Below, one piece after another: positions 19,946 to 29,512 of a stretch of DNA of 64,000 nucleotides (within the stretch, counting starts at the first letter, position 1; each line of letters starts with the position of its first letter). The notes under the pieces are model-generated. The model saw nothing but the letters and a program-made list of their open reading frames with translations. It had not been told where the DNA came from and ran no database searches. Source of the stretch: a virus (taxonomy: Duplodnaviria > Caudoviricetes); the IMG/VR virus record IMGVR_UViG_3300046526_000409, positions 27,967 through 91,966 of that record. One strand, 5' to 3'. A program made the translations under genes and the position numbers.

Positions 19946-21624
19946 TGCCGGTACTCAGCACCCAGCCGATCGAGACGACCGTCTCGGCAACAGGCAGCGA
20001 CCCCGTCACTCAGTACTCCCTCATCATCAGCGGATCCGCCACCAGCGCATCCAGCGGCGTCGCGGCCATGTCGACGCTCAAGCCGGCTGGAGGATTCGCC
20101 GACCTCGGCATTGCCAACCCGTCCTCGGTCGACCCCGCGATGTCGTGGGTGAGCGGCTCGGAACTGCTGCCCACCGTGACCTCGGCATGGCAGCGAACGA
20201 GCATCACCGCGACCGCCCCCATCGACTACAACCGCGGCGAGAAGGGCACCCTGTGGCGTGGAGCCGCGTACGCCAGCGTCGGCCTGCGGTGGGACGGCCT
20301 GCCGGCAGCCAGCACCGTGGCCTTCGACCGAGTCCAATTCGCCAAGGCCCCTTCCGGCAACCTCCTGGACCGGTCAGCGGCGTTCCACGACGACCACATG
20401 TGCTACGAGTCCTACAGCGGAACCGTGGCCGCGCGTACCAAAGAACGGGCCCTGGTCGGCGACTACTCCGCCAAGTCGACCATCCTCTACATCCCCAGCG
20501 GCTCGACCGGCTGGGGACTGGACCCACACACCGATGCCCTGGCCCCGCTGAAGGCCGGCAGCGGACGGATCACAGCGCGCGTCGCGGTCTCGACCGACGT
20601 CTCCCGCAAGTGGCGGGTCTGGGTCCGCTGCTACGACGCGAACTACAACCTGGTCTACGACGGCCTCTCCACCGCGCCGGACAACACCAGCCAGGCCAAC
20701 GGCAGATGGTCCACGGCACAGATCAGCGTCACCGCCCCCAGCACCGCCCGCTACGCCTGCGTGACACCGTTCGTTTACTACGGGGCCGCCTCGCCGCAGA
20801 TCGGCTGGTACTTCTATGCCGACGCCCACTTCATCTCGTACGAATCCAGCGACCCCGCATATCGAGTTCCCGACTGGCTTGCCCCGAGGCGTCTGAACAT
20901 TCGTGTCAAGCCCAATCGTGTCAATCTCGTCAACAATCCAGGAATGAATTCCGCAAGCTCCCGCTGGGGATTCTTCGGGCCCACGGGAGTCACGAACACA
21001 TTCACCTGGGACAGTGTGACCGGCAGGACCAAGGCCGGCTCGCTGAAGTTCCAGAGCCCTCAGGGCGGCACGCCTGGGGCACAGGTAGGCATCGCTGCCA
21101 TCGGAGGCATCAACCCCGCGAGCAAGGGCGGCGACCTGCTCCGCACGGGCGTCCCGCACACGATCTCGGCGTGGGTGAACGTTCCCGCGGGCTACCCACC
21201 GGTCAGCGCCGCAGCCTGGGATCCGCTGTCCGCCGCCTACCAGTTCGGACCCGACTCGAACTGGATCAAGGCCAACCGTCCCGACCTCGTGGACGGCAAC
21301 TGGGTGCGCGTCTACTACACCTGGACCCCGCCAGCCACCAGCACTCGGCAGTTCTACGGCGGCGTCATGGCGCCCAAGGCCACCTATCAGGCCAGCGCCA
21401 CCGGGGTCTCCTTCTGGATGGACGACGTCTTGGTCGAGGAGGGCTCGGAACTGCGGGAGTTCTTCGACGGATCCGACCCTTCTGCCGATTACCTGTGGCA
21501 GGGCTCGAATGACACCTCGAAGAGCCTCTACTTCCCCGGCAGGGCTCGGCACGCACAACGACTCACGGAAATTCTCCAGGACAATGTTCCGTGGGGAACG
21601 ACTTTCAATCTCGACTTCTCGTAG
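19945..21624 (+). CDS. Tail fibre/receptor-binding protein with CBM-like domains
   Basis: RVNLVNNP, WVRVYYT, DDVLVEEGS...FFDG; ATG overlaps the previous stop. Confidence 0.65.
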   Translation: MPVLSTQPIETTVSATGSDPVTQYSLIISGSATSASSGVAAMSTLKPAGGFADLGIANPSSVDPAMSWVSGSELLPTVTSAWQRTSITATAPIDYNRGEKGTLWRGAAYASVGLRWDGLPAASTVAFDRVQFAKAPSGNLLDRSAAFHDDHMCYESYSGTVAARTKERALVGDYSAKSTILYIPSGSTGWGLDPHTDALAPLKAGSGRITARVAVSTDVSRKWRVWVRCYDANYNLVYDGLSTAPDNTSQANGRWSTAQISVTAPSTARYACVTPFVYYGAASPQIGWYFYADAHFISYESSDPAYRVPDWLAPRRLNIRVKPNRVNLVNNPGMNSASSRWGFFGPTGVTNTFTWDSVTGRTKAGSLKFQSPQGGTPGAQVGIAAIGGINPASKGGDLLRTGVPHTISAWVNVPAGYPPVSAAAWDPLSAAYQFGPDSNWIKANRPDLVDGNWVRVYYTWTPPATSTRQFYGGVMAPKATYQASATGVSFWMDDVLVEEGSELREFFDGSDPSADYLWQGSNDTSKSLYFPGRARHAQRLTEILQDNVPWGTTFNLDFS

Positions 21625-21640
21625 AAATTCAGGAGTGTCA

Positions 21641-21955
21641 ATGGACAAGGTAAGCATCGTCAATCTTCTGGTGGGTGCAGTCCTCCCTCTTCTGGTCGCG
21701 TTCGTCTCCAAGGAGACCTGGGCTGGCTGGGTCAAGGGCACCATCCTCGCGGCGCTCTCGGCGGCTGGCGGTCTGGGCACCGAGTACATAGCGGGCCCCG
21801 ACGGCTTCAACCTGACCATCGCCGGCTGGTCCGCAGCGTCGGCCTTCGCCTTCGGTGTCGCCGCGCACTACGGCGTCTACAAGGACACCACCCTCCAGGA
21901 GCTGCTCGCCAAGGCGCTCTACAAGGCGCCAGCCGCGGTGGACGTCTCTGGCTGA
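21641..21955 (+). CDS. Putative holin
   Basis: 104 aa with about 3 TM helices, at the end of the structural operon; RBS AGGAG. Confidence 0.7.
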   Translation: MDKVSIVNLLVGAVLPLLVAFVSKETWAGWVKGTILAALSAAGGLGTEYIAGPDGFNLTIAGWSAASAFAFGVAAHYGVYKDTTLQELLAKALYKAPAAVDVSG

Positions 21956-21972
21956 TCGAGTACCACGCACCA

Positions 21973-22003
21973 CGAGCCCGTCCCGAAATCCGGGGCGGGC
22001 TCG
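21973..22003 (+). terminator. Hairpin ending the structural operon
   Basis: CGAGCCCGTCCCG-aaatc-CGGGGCGGGCTCG. Confidence 0.75.
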
Positions 22004-22056
22004 ATGCTTGTTGGCCAACTTGTTCCACAACTTGTACGTTAAGATGTTCCACAAGT
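22004..22056. promoter_or_regulatory. 12-bp-period operator-like array 1
   Basis: atgcttgttggc/caacttgttcca/caacttgtacgt/taagatgttcca/caagt. Confidence 0.75.
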
Positions 22057-22112
22057 CATGATCCCCGGCGCGTCCGCTCGGACGGCGCGACGTGCCCGTA
22101 CAAGGAGCACAA

Positions 22113-23090
22113 TTGGCCACCATTCACATCGCTGTCGCCGGGGCCGGCCCTGTCGACAAGGGCACCGTCACCGAACTGCTCGACGACTGGCTCGGCATCG
22201 ACGCAAACGGCAAGCCCACCAACGACGAAGACGTCCTCCTCGTCCTCCCGGCCGGCGCCGATCACATCACCCCCGCCGTCAAGGCGGTCTACAACTGGTC
22301 CGGCGACATCGACCCCGAGGTTCCCTACACCGCGGTCGTTGCCCAGACGCTCGACAAGGCGTCCAAGGTCGTCCGCGACAACGCCGAGGACGCGGTCCCG
22401 GCACGGGACGAAGAGGTCTACACCGTCCTGGGACGCACCCTCGCCGAGCGTGACGGCGACCGCTACCTGCTCGTGGCCGGTGACGAGGGCGACGACGAAC
22501 TCCTCGACCTGGTCGCCTACGCGCACGACGAGGACATCGCTGTTCTGGACCTGCGTGACGCCCTCAAGCAGATCAGCCCGGCCGAGCCGGAGGAGGTCGA
22601 GCCCGAAGCCGAGGGTGAGACGGAGGAGGTCGAGGAGGAGCCCTGCGAGGGCGGCACCCAGACCCTCGTCCCGCTCCCCGAGCAGCCGGAGGCCGCCGAG
22701 CCCGAGGCCACGCTGGAGACCGAAGTCGCGGCAGCCCACCGGGAGACCGTCACCATCGAGCGCTACCAGCCGCCGAACGCCGACGTGATCGAGGTCCTGA
22801 CGGCCGTCGTCCGGCACCTGCGCCTCGTCGACGAGTCCAATGCCGCGGCCAACCTCGCCGAGGTCCGCTACCGCCCCATCACGGCACTGGCCATCAAGGG
22901 GCTGGAGGCGGTCAAGGCCGACTCCGTGGAGGACGCCGCACCGGTCGACCTGGCCGAAGCCGTGGAGCAGCCGGCGAGGCGCCCCAGCGGCAAGGTCCGC
23001 AAGGAGTGGCTCAACCCGAAGACCAGCGAGTGGGAGCCCCTTCGCGGCCGACCCCGCAAGGACGTCGAGATCCGCGAAGTCGCGGCCTGA
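22113..23090 (+). CDS. Acidic hypothetical protein with C-terminal RGRP (AT-hook-like) motif
   Basis: TTG start after AAGGAG; EEVE-rich linker; LRGRPRK. Confidence 0.6.
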   Translation: MATIHIAVAGAGPVDKGTVTELLDDWLGIDANGKPTNDEDVLLVLPAGADHITPAVKAVYNWSGDIDPEVPYTAVVAQTLDKASKVVRDNAEDAVPARDEEVYTVLGRTLAERDGDRYLLVAGDEGDDELLDLVAYAHDEDIAVLDLRDALKQISPAEPEEVEPEAEGETEEVEEEPCEGGTQTLVPLPEQPEAAEPEATLETEVAAAHRETVTIERYQPPNADVIEVLTAVVRHLRLVDESNAAANLAEVRYRPITALAIKGLEAVKADSVEDAAPVDLAEAVEQPARRPSGKVRKEWLNPKTSEWEPLRGRPRKDVEIREVAA

Positions 23091-23101
23091 CAAGGGCCAT
23101 C

Positions 23102-23127
23102 AGCGGGGCGGCGCCGGCCGCCCCGCT
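23102..23127 (+). terminator. GC hairpin
   Basis: AGCGGGGCGGC-gccg-GCCGCCCCGCT. Confidence 0.55.
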
Positions 23128-23154
23128 TCTCCCACAGCTTCCCGAGGTGACCAG

Positions 23155-23415
23155 ATGAGCCACGACGACCACCCGAAGGGGACTCTCCAAGGCTGGGCCA
23201 ACGCCCCCGTGAGCGTCCCGCGAGAGATCGCCACCAACGACCGCATCACCTGCGGTGCCCTCGGCCTGTACGTCTACATGCTGACCCGCGAGGAAGGCGC
23301 CGAGATGACACCTGCGGCGCTCGCCGAGGAGCGGAACGAGTCGCTGCCGAAGGTCAACGGCTGGTGGGTCGAGCTGCGTTCCGCCGGTCTGATCACCGCT
23401 GAGGGTGGCCGGTGA
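23155..23415 (+). CDS. Small winged-HTH protein resembling a replication initiator N-domain
   Basis: VPREIATNDRITCGALGLYVYML...ELRSAGLI. Confidence 0.6.
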   Translation: MSHDDHPKGTLQGWANAPVSVPREIATNDRITCGALGLYVYMLTREEGAEMTPAALAEERNESLPKVNGWWVELRSAGLITAEGGR

Positions 23416-24359
23416 CCGACGCACAGCAGCAGGACCGGCTCCAGGCCCACGAACTGTGGGTCCAGACCCCGCACGTCTTCATCCTTGACCACAAGATCTC
23501 CGACGCCGCCTTCCGCCTCGGCTGCCTCCTGGCGAAGTACGCCGGCAGGAACGGCTGCGCCTTCCCCAAGCAGGAGACGCTCGCCAAGGACCTCAATTGG
23601 TCCCTGCGCACCGTGTCCCGCCGCATCACCGAGCTGCGCGAGAGCGGCTGGCTGCGCACCGAGCGGCGTCGACCCGGCGGCCCGTGCAACTACTACCTGG
23701 CCACGCCCGAGGACATGGGTTACGCCAAATCTGTCGTAGGGGTTACGCCAAATGTGGCGCAACAAGAAATAGAACCAGTGAACATCCTTCCTTCGGAAGG
23801 GCCGCACGCTCCGCGAACGGCGCCGCGCAGGGCCTCCCGGCGAGCCGAGGAGCAGCGCCGGGTGGCCGAGGAGGACGCCTACGACCCGGCCAAGGCCATG
23901 GGGCTGTGGGACGACGACAAGGCCCCTGAGGAGGCCCCGGAGATGCCGCGCAGCGGCTGGGGTGCCGGCCGGCGCGAGAGGGCCGCTGGGAGCCGCCAGC
24001 CCGGACCTGACACCGGCCCTGGCCTCGCCCGGCACTGGCGGGAGACGGTCGAGGCCCAGAGGTGGGCGTTCGGCCTGGAGTCCAACCTCAAGGCGCTCGC
24101 CAGTCACTTCGTGAAGCTCAAGCAGGCCGGACTCACTCCGGAAGAGCTGCGGGAGATGAGCGAGCTGTACGCCACTACCGAGGGTCTGCGGAACCCGCGG
24201 GCGCTCGCGTGGCAGGACTTCATTGGCAAGCGCGCCCTCCTGATCGACTCGGTCCGCAAGGGACGTGAGGCGAAGGCCGCGAAGGAGCGCCCGGAGGAGG
24301 TCTACGACGGCTGGAGCGACAGCGGCGCGGAGCAGCCGGCGAGCGGTTGGACCTGGTGA
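23412..24359 (+). CDS. Replication initiator (HTH)
   Basis: ISDAAFRL...AFPKQETLAKDL..SLRTVSRRITELRESGWL; directly upstream of the DnaC-like ATPase. Confidence 0.8.
   Translation: MTDAQQQDRLQAHELWVQTPHVFILDHKISDAAFRLGCLLAKYAGRNGCAFPKQETLAKDLNWSLRTVSRRITELRESGWLRTERRRPGGPCNYYLATPEDMGYAKSVVGVTPNVAQQEIEPVNILPSEGPHAPRTAPRRASRRAEEQRRVAEEDAYDPAKAMGLWDDDKAPEEAPEMPRSGWGAGRRERAAGSRQPGPDTGPGLARHWRETVEAQRWAFGLESNLKALASHFVKLKQAGLTPEELREMSELYATTEGLRNPRALAWQDFIGKRALLIDSVRKGREAKAAKERPEEVYDGWSDSGAEQPASGWTW
23717..23790. repeat. Putative iterons/origin inside the initiator gene
   Basis: GGGTTACGCCAAAT at 23717 and 23740 (23-bp period), then an A-rich tract. Confidence 0.6.
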
Positions 24360-24363
24360 CGAT

Positions 24364-24414
24364 CAACTTGTTCTTTAAGTTGTTCCACAACTTGTGATTC
24401 AATGTGGTCCTCAA
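24364..24414. promoter_or_regulatory. 12-bp-period operator-like array 2
   Basis: caacttgttctt/taagttgttcca/caacttgtgatt/caatgtggtcct/caa. Confidence 0.75.
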
Positions 24415-24434
24415 GCCAGCACAAGGAGGGGACC

Positions 24435-25121
24435 GTGCAGACCGCCGAGGCACCGACCAGGGACGAGAGCCTGGTCTGGCGCACAGCCCGAGTCCCGGTG
24501 AAGCACTGGGGCCAGAGCATTGACGACATCGCCGAGATGCACCCCGACGTCCGGCAGACCATCGAGCGCTTCGTCGCCACCTGGCGTCAGCGCTACGTCC
24601 CCCAGGACGCGACGATGGACCAACTGCCCAGCGACCGAAGCCTCGTCGGCAAGGGCCTGCTGCTCTTCGGGAACGCCGGCACCGGCAAGACCACGACCGC
24701 ATCCGCCGTCCTCACCACCATCCGGCGCGCGTACGGCGGTGTCGTGTTCTTCGTGCCGTTCGCCGACTACGTCCAGGCCCTGATCGACCACCGCCACTGG
24801 CGCGAGTTGTACCAGTCCACCGGAGACGAGTTGGCGCGCGAGCGCTTCATCCAGCTCCAGAAGATGCTCGACAAGGTCCTCACCTGCCCCCTGGTCGTCC
24901 TCGACGACATGGGCAAAGAGCACCACACCAGCTCGGGCTTCGCAGCCGACGTCTTCGACGCCCTGATCCGCGGCCGGCACCGCAACGCCCGGCCAACCAT
25001 CCTCACCAGCAACAACAAGCCCGGCGACTGGGACAAGACCTACAACCTCTCGATGCAGTCCTTCCTCACAGAGGCTTGCGAGGTCGTCCCGATGACCGGC
25101 CGGGACCACCGCCGTGGCTGA
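24435..25121 (+). CDS. DnaC/IstB-like helicase loader ATPase
   Basis: GNAGTGKT Walker A, LVVLDDMGKE Walker B, PTILTSN; GTG after AAGGAGG. Confidence 0.9.
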   Translation: MQTAEAPTRDESLVWRTARVPVKHWGQSIDDIAEMHPDVRQTIERFVATWRQRYVPQDATMDQLPSDRSLVGKGLLLFGNAGTGKTTTASAVLTTIRRAYGGVVFFVPFADYVQALIDHRHWRELYQSTGDELARERFIQLQKMLDKVLTCPLVVLDDMGKEHHTSSGFAADVFDALIRGRHRNARPTILTSNNKPGDWDKTYNLSMQSFLTEACEVVPMTGRDHRRG

Positions 25122-25359
25122 GACCTGCGGCGACGCCCACTTCTACGAGCACAGCTTCGAACTGCCGGCGTGGATGCCCAGGCACCAGGTGCGCCGCATC
25201 GAGCGCTCCGGTCTCGCGGTGATCCTCGCGCAGATGCGCATGGACGGCGTCGAGCCGGACTGGTCCACCTTCAAGCTCCACGTCGAGTGGCCGAGGCGCA
25301 CCGGCAAAACGGTCCTGATCAACACCATCATCACGGCCCTGAAGGGGGGAAGCCAGTGA
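25114..25359 (+). CDS. Hypothetical protein
   Basis: 81 aa, overlaps both neighbours. Confidence 0.55.
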   Translation: MAETCGDAHFYEHSFELPAWMPRHQVRRIERSGLAVILAQMRMDGVEPDWSTFKLHVEWPRRTGKTVLINTIITALKGGSQ

Positions 25360-26633
25360 CGACGGTCCTTTCGCACGAGCACAAGCTCCTGTGCAAGGTC
25401 ATCGCGACGGGGGACATCACCACGGTCCTCAACGCCAAGATCAAGCCCAGGCACATCACCAACGGCGAGATCCGGCGCGTGTTCGAGGACATGATCGCCT
25501 ACAACGCCGAGTACGGCACGGCGCCCACCCTCGACGCAGTACGCGCCGACCACCCCACCTTCGAGGTCGCTCAGGTCGACGAGCCGCTCGACTACCTCAT
25601 CGACCGGATCCGCGACCGGCGCCGCACGGCCCTGACCGAGCGCGGACTCAACGCGGCCGTAGAGGCACTGGTCGGCCAGGGCGACACCGCCCACGCGCTC
25701 GACATCGTCCGAGCCCTGATCAGCAAGGTCGCCGAAGACACCCCGGTCGGCAACGACTTCAACTGGGCGCGGACGATCGACGACCGACTCACCACCTACC
25801 GCTCCTACGCCGAGCGGGAGGAAGGGGAGCTGATAGGTCTTCCGACAGGCTTCCCGTCGCTCGACAGGCTCACCCTCGGCCTCCAGGCCGGCCAGATGGT
25901 CACCCTCACCGGCCTGGAGAAGTCCAACAAGACGACGACCCTCCTGGCCGTCACCCGCGCCATGCACGCCGTCGGCGCCCGCCCGCTGCTCTTCTCCTTC
26001 GAGATGAGCGCGCTGGAGATCTCCGAGCGCCTCGACGCCTTCCTCGCAGGCATCAGCCAGCGCAAGCTCCGAGCCGGCGAACTCAACGAGCTGGAGTGGA
26101 AGCGGCTGGAGAAGGCCATGCGGAAGCTCGAAGGGATGGGCGACTACATCATCGCCGAGGACCCTTCCGCCCGGATGACCCTCGACAACGTCCAGGCCAA
26201 GATCGACGAGTACAAGCCCGACGCGGTCATCATCGACGGCGCCTACTTCTTCGTGGACGCCGTCAGCGGCGAGCAGCAGACCCCGCTGGCCATGACCAAC
26301 ATCTCCCGAGGTATCAAGCGCATGGCCGCCCGCAACGGCCTGCCGTTCGTGGTCACCACGCAGGCCCTGCGCTCCAAGCTCGGCTCCAACGGCCTCAACT
26401 CCGGCTCCATGGGCTACACCAGCGCCTTCGCCCAGGACGCCACCCTCGCGCTCGGTGTCGAGCAGACCGACGACCCCATGTTCTACAAGCTCAAGGTCCT
26501 GGCCGGCCGCAACGTCCCCAAGGACGAGTGGTTCGTCAAGCTCGACTGGGAGTCCGGCTCCCTCATCGAGCAGCAGGGAGACCCCTTCGGCGAGGAGGTG
26601 GAGGACGATGTCCCGGCGTACGCGGGCTGGTAA
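25356..26633 (+). CDS. DnaB-like replicative helicase
   Basis: PTGFPSLD..T.GL, GLEKSNKT, FSFEMS, VIIDGAY, FAQDA. Confidence 0.9.
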   Translation: MTTVLSHEHKLLCKVIATGDITTVLNAKIKPRHITNGEIRRVFEDMIAYNAEYGTAPTLDAVRADHPTFEVAQVDEPLDYLIDRIRDRRRTALTERGLNAAVEALVGQGDTAHALDIVRALISKVAEDTPVGNDFNWARTIDDRLTTYRSYAEREEGELIGLPTGFPSLDRLTLGLQAGQMVTLTGLEKSNKTTTLLAVTRAMHAVGARPLLFSFEMSALEISERLDAFLAGISQRKLRAGELNELEWKRLEKAMRKLEGMGDYIIAEDPSARMTLDNVQAKIDEYKPDAVIIDGAYFFVDAVSGEQQTPLAMTNISRGIKRMAARNGLPFVVTTQALRSKLGSNGLNSGSMGYTSAFAQDATLALGVEQTDDPMFYKLKVLAGRNVPKDEWFVKLDWESGSLIEQQGDPFGEEVEDDVPAYAGW

Positions 26634-27585
26634 CGACGACCTCTTCGACGCTCCCATCCCCGGCGACGTCATCTCGGCGATCGGCAAGCTGGGGATCGAG
26701 ATCGTCGGGGAAGACTCGGAGAACTGGCGCATCCCCTGCCCGGCACACCTGCGCCGGAAGGGGAAGGAAGACCGGAACCCTTCCTGCTACGTACACAAGG
26801 ACACCGGCGTCTTCATCTGCTTCTCCTGCGACTTCCGGGGCCCCTTCGTCCGCCTGGCTGAGGAGATCCGCGGGGAAGGCGCCGACGACGCTGCCCAGTG
26901 GGTGAGCGAGCAGGGCGTCATCGACCGCGCCGTACGCCTCCTGGCCGGTGAGACCTACGCCAAGCAGCGTGAGGCGGAAGAGGTCACCGAGTCCCACATG
27001 GCGCTCTTCACCGAGCCGCCGGCCAAGGCCCTCGCGTCCAAGGGCATCACCGTTGAGGCAGCCCGGCGTTTCGAGATCCTCTGGGACCCCAAGAGGAAGT
27101 ACTGGATCTTCCCGGTACGGGACGAGCGCGGGAAACTTCTGGGGTGGCAGGAGAAGGGGAAGGGTCACTTCCTGAACTACCCCGAGGGGATGCAGAAGGG
27201 CGACTCGCTCTTCGGCCTCCAGGCGCTCGACGGCGAGGAGGGCGTGCTCGTCGAGTCGCCCGTCGACACCGCAGTGTTGTGGACTGCCGGCATAGCCGGT
27301 GGGCTCGCGAGCTATGGCGCCATCCTCACGCCGCGGCAGTTCCGGATCCTCGGCGGCAGGCTCAGCCGGCTGGTCGCCGCTCAGGACAACGATCACGACG
27401 GCAAGCGTGAGCGGCGCAAGGTCTTCGACCACTTCCACGGCACCGGGCTGATCGTCCGCTACTTCGACTACGGCGACCTGGCGGTGAAGGACCCCGGCGA
27501 GATGACGCCTGAGCAGAACCGGGCCGCGTACGAGAGCGCCTACCACCCGATGATGCGCCGCCTGTCCACCTTCGGGAGACGCTGA
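26608..27585 (+). CDS. DNA primase (Zn finger + TOPRIM)
   Basis: CPAH...PSC...CFSC; LVESPVD; DNDHDG; KDPGE. Confidence 0.88.
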   Translation: MSRRTRAGNDDLFDAPIPGDVISAIGKLGIEIVGEDSENWRIPCPAHLRRKGKEDRNPSCYVHKDTGVFICFSCDFRGPFVRLAEEIRGEGADDAAQWVSEQGVIDRAVRLLAGETYAKQREAEEVTESHMALFTEPPAKALASKGITVEAARRFEILWDPKRKYWIFPVRDERGKLLGWQEKGKGHFLNYPEGMQKGDSLFGLQALDGEEGVLVESPVDTAVLWTAGIAGGLASYGAILTPRQFRILGGRLSRLVAAQDNDHDGKRERRKVFDHFHGTGLIVRYFDYGDLAVKDPGEMTPEQNRAAYESAYHPMMRRLSTFGRR

Positions 27586-29213
27586 TGTTCACCGGAGTCC
27601 TGCACCCCTACCAGTCCGACGACGTCGACCGCATCGTCGACCGCGGCTCCATGCTCGCCGCCTACGGCATGGGTACCGGCAAGACCGTTATGGCCATCGC
27701 CGCCGCCGAGATGCTCATGGACACCGACCGCCACATCACCTGCATGGTCGTCGTGCCGGCCGCCCTGAAGTGGCAGTGGGCCGAACGCATTGCCCAGTTC
27801 ACCGACGTCGACACCAAGCGGCGCCCCGTGGGCAAGGCGCACATCACCGTGCCGGCCGACCACCACTGCACCGTCATCAACGGAACACCGGAACAGAAGA
27901 GGAAGCAGTTCGCGTTCATCCGCGAGCACCAGCCGGACTATGTCATCACCGCCTACGAGAACCTCGTCCACGACTGGACGCAGGTGCGGAAGATCAAGCC
28001 CGGCATCGTGGTGGCTGACGAGGCTTCCCTCATCAAGACCTTCAACGCCGACCGCACCCGCAAGATCAAGCGCATCAACAGCGAGCACCGCATCGGCCTG
28101 ACCGGAACAGTCATGGACAACGGTTCCCCGGAAGAGCTGTTCAGCGTCTTCCAGTGGATCGACCCGGAAGTCCTCGGACCGTGGGACTACTTCGACCCCG
28201 CCTTCATCGTGCGCAGCAAGAGGGGAGGCTTCCCCGTCGCGTACAAGAACCTTCCCCTTCTGCACCAGAAGGTGAGCGCCGCTATGGTCCGGAAGACTCG
28301 GGAAGACCCTGACGTGGCGCAGTACATGCCGAAGGTGGAGCGCAGCACGCTGCTCGTCGACCTCGACCGGGACACCGCCAAGGTCTACCGGCGCATCGCC
28401 AAGGACACCCTGTTCGAGATCACCAAGGCTTCCGGTCACGGCTCCGGCAGCATCGACCTGGCGGCCCTGTACTCGGGCAAGGCCAAGCCGACCGAAGACA
28501 CCGCCCAGGGACGCGTGATGGGGCGCCTGCTGGCCCTCCACATGCTGGTGAACCACCCCGGTCTCATCCGCGACAGCGCCGCGCGCTACGAGGCCGGCAA
28601 AGGCGGCAGCAAGTACTGCCTCACGCTGGTGGAGTCCGGGCTCCTCGACGACCTGGACCACTCGCCCAAGCTGGAGGAACTGACCCGCCTTCTGCGGAAG
28701 GAACTGATGCGTGACGGCGACCTGAAGGTCGTGGTCTTCTCGTTCTTCAAGGGCATGCTCAAGCTGATCAGCGAGGCGCTGCCGCAGTACCGGTCGGTGT
28801 CTTTCACCGGAGACCACAGCGCACTCAAGAAGGCAGAAGCCAAGGCGCTCTTCTCCTACGAGAAGGACGTGCGACTCTTCCTGGCTTCCGGTGCCGGCGG
28901 CTACGGCCTGGACCTTCCGGAAGCCCGCATCCTCGTCAACTTCGACCAGCGGGACTCAGCCGGCGCGCAGGACCAGCAGGACACACGACACGTCCGCGCC
29001 TCCAGCCAGCACGAGACGGTCCAGGTGATCGACCTCATGGCGGCCGGCTCGGTCGAGGAACGCCGCAGCCAGCGCCGGCAGTTCAAGACCCGCACGACCG
29101 CGGCCATCCTCGACGGCCAGGGCGCCGACGCCGACGGCCGGGTGGTCAACGACGTCGAGAGCCTCCGGGAAAACCTGGAGCGCTCCCTGAGTCAGCTCCC
29201 GCTGGCCGCCTGA
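27585..29213 (+). CDS. SNF2-family helicase
   Basis: MGTGKT, VVADEA, GLTGT, GGYGLDL. Confidence 0.9.
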   Translation: MFTGVLHPYQSDDVDRIVDRGSMLAAYGMGTGKTVMAIAAAEMLMDTDRHITCMVVVPAALKWQWAERIAQFTDVDTKRRPVGKAHITVPADHHCTVINGTPEQKRKQFAFIREHQPDYVITAYENLVHDWTQVRKIKPGIVVADEASLIKTFNADRTRKIKRINSEHRIGLTGTVMDNGSPEELFSVFQWIDPEVLGPWDYFDPAFIVRSKRGGFPVAYKNLPLLHQKVSAAMVRKTREDPDVAQYMPKVERSTLLVDLDRDTAKVYRRIAKDTLFEITKASGHGSGSIDLAALYSGKAKPTEDTAQGRVMGRLLALHMLVNHPGLIRDSAARYEAGKGGSKYCLTLVESGLLDDLDHSPKLEELTRLLRKELMRDGDLKVVVFSFFKGMLKLISEALPQYRSVSFTGDHSALKKAEAKALFSYEKDVRLFLASGAGGYGLDLPEARILVNFDQRDSAGAQDQQDTRHVRASSQHETVQVIDLMAAGSVEERRSQRRQFKTRTTAAILDGQGADADGRVVNDVESLRENLERSLSQLPLAA

Positions 29214-29371
29214 TTCTCCAAGGCGAGGATCTGCGCCTCGAACTCCGGAGGAACGAGGAAGCCGGCGGTGCGCCCACTGCGTGTGATCCGGACGAACTTG
29301 CCCCGGTGCTGGACCTCGTTGAGGAGGCTCGCGAACTCCTCGCGAGCCTGCTGAGTCGGCTTCTCTTCCAT
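29192..29371 (-). CDS. Phd/YefM-family antitoxin-like protein (59 aa, not in ORF track)
   Basis: MEEKPTQQAREEFASLLNEVQHRGKFVRITRSGRTAGFLVPPEFE... Confidence 0.8.
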   Translation of the reverse strand: MEEKPTQQAREEFASLLNEVQHRGKFVRITRSGRTAGFLVPPEFEAQILALENQAASGS

Positions 29372-29380
29372 AAACGCCAG

Positions 29381-29419
29381 CTTACAGACCTGAAGGTGCC
29401 GTAAGGTCTGTAAGGTCTG
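29381..29419. promoter_or_regulatory. Operator-like inverted and direct repeats
   Basis: CTTACAGACCT...AGGTCTGTAAG inverted pair; GTAAGGTCT twice in tandem. Confidence 0.6.
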
Positions 29420-29512
29420 GTAGCTTTCGCAGCGTCAGATACCTACTCGGAAAACAAGAAGACGGCCTGGGGTGCACCCCCCAGACCGCCTTGGACAGGA
29501 GCCGTAACTCCC

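Noticed and set aside
3605-21624. Stand-alone extracellular contractile injection system or tailocin
   Set aside because: A long tape measure, neck gene, full replisome and integrase point to a true phage; no eCIS AAA+ ATPase was seen
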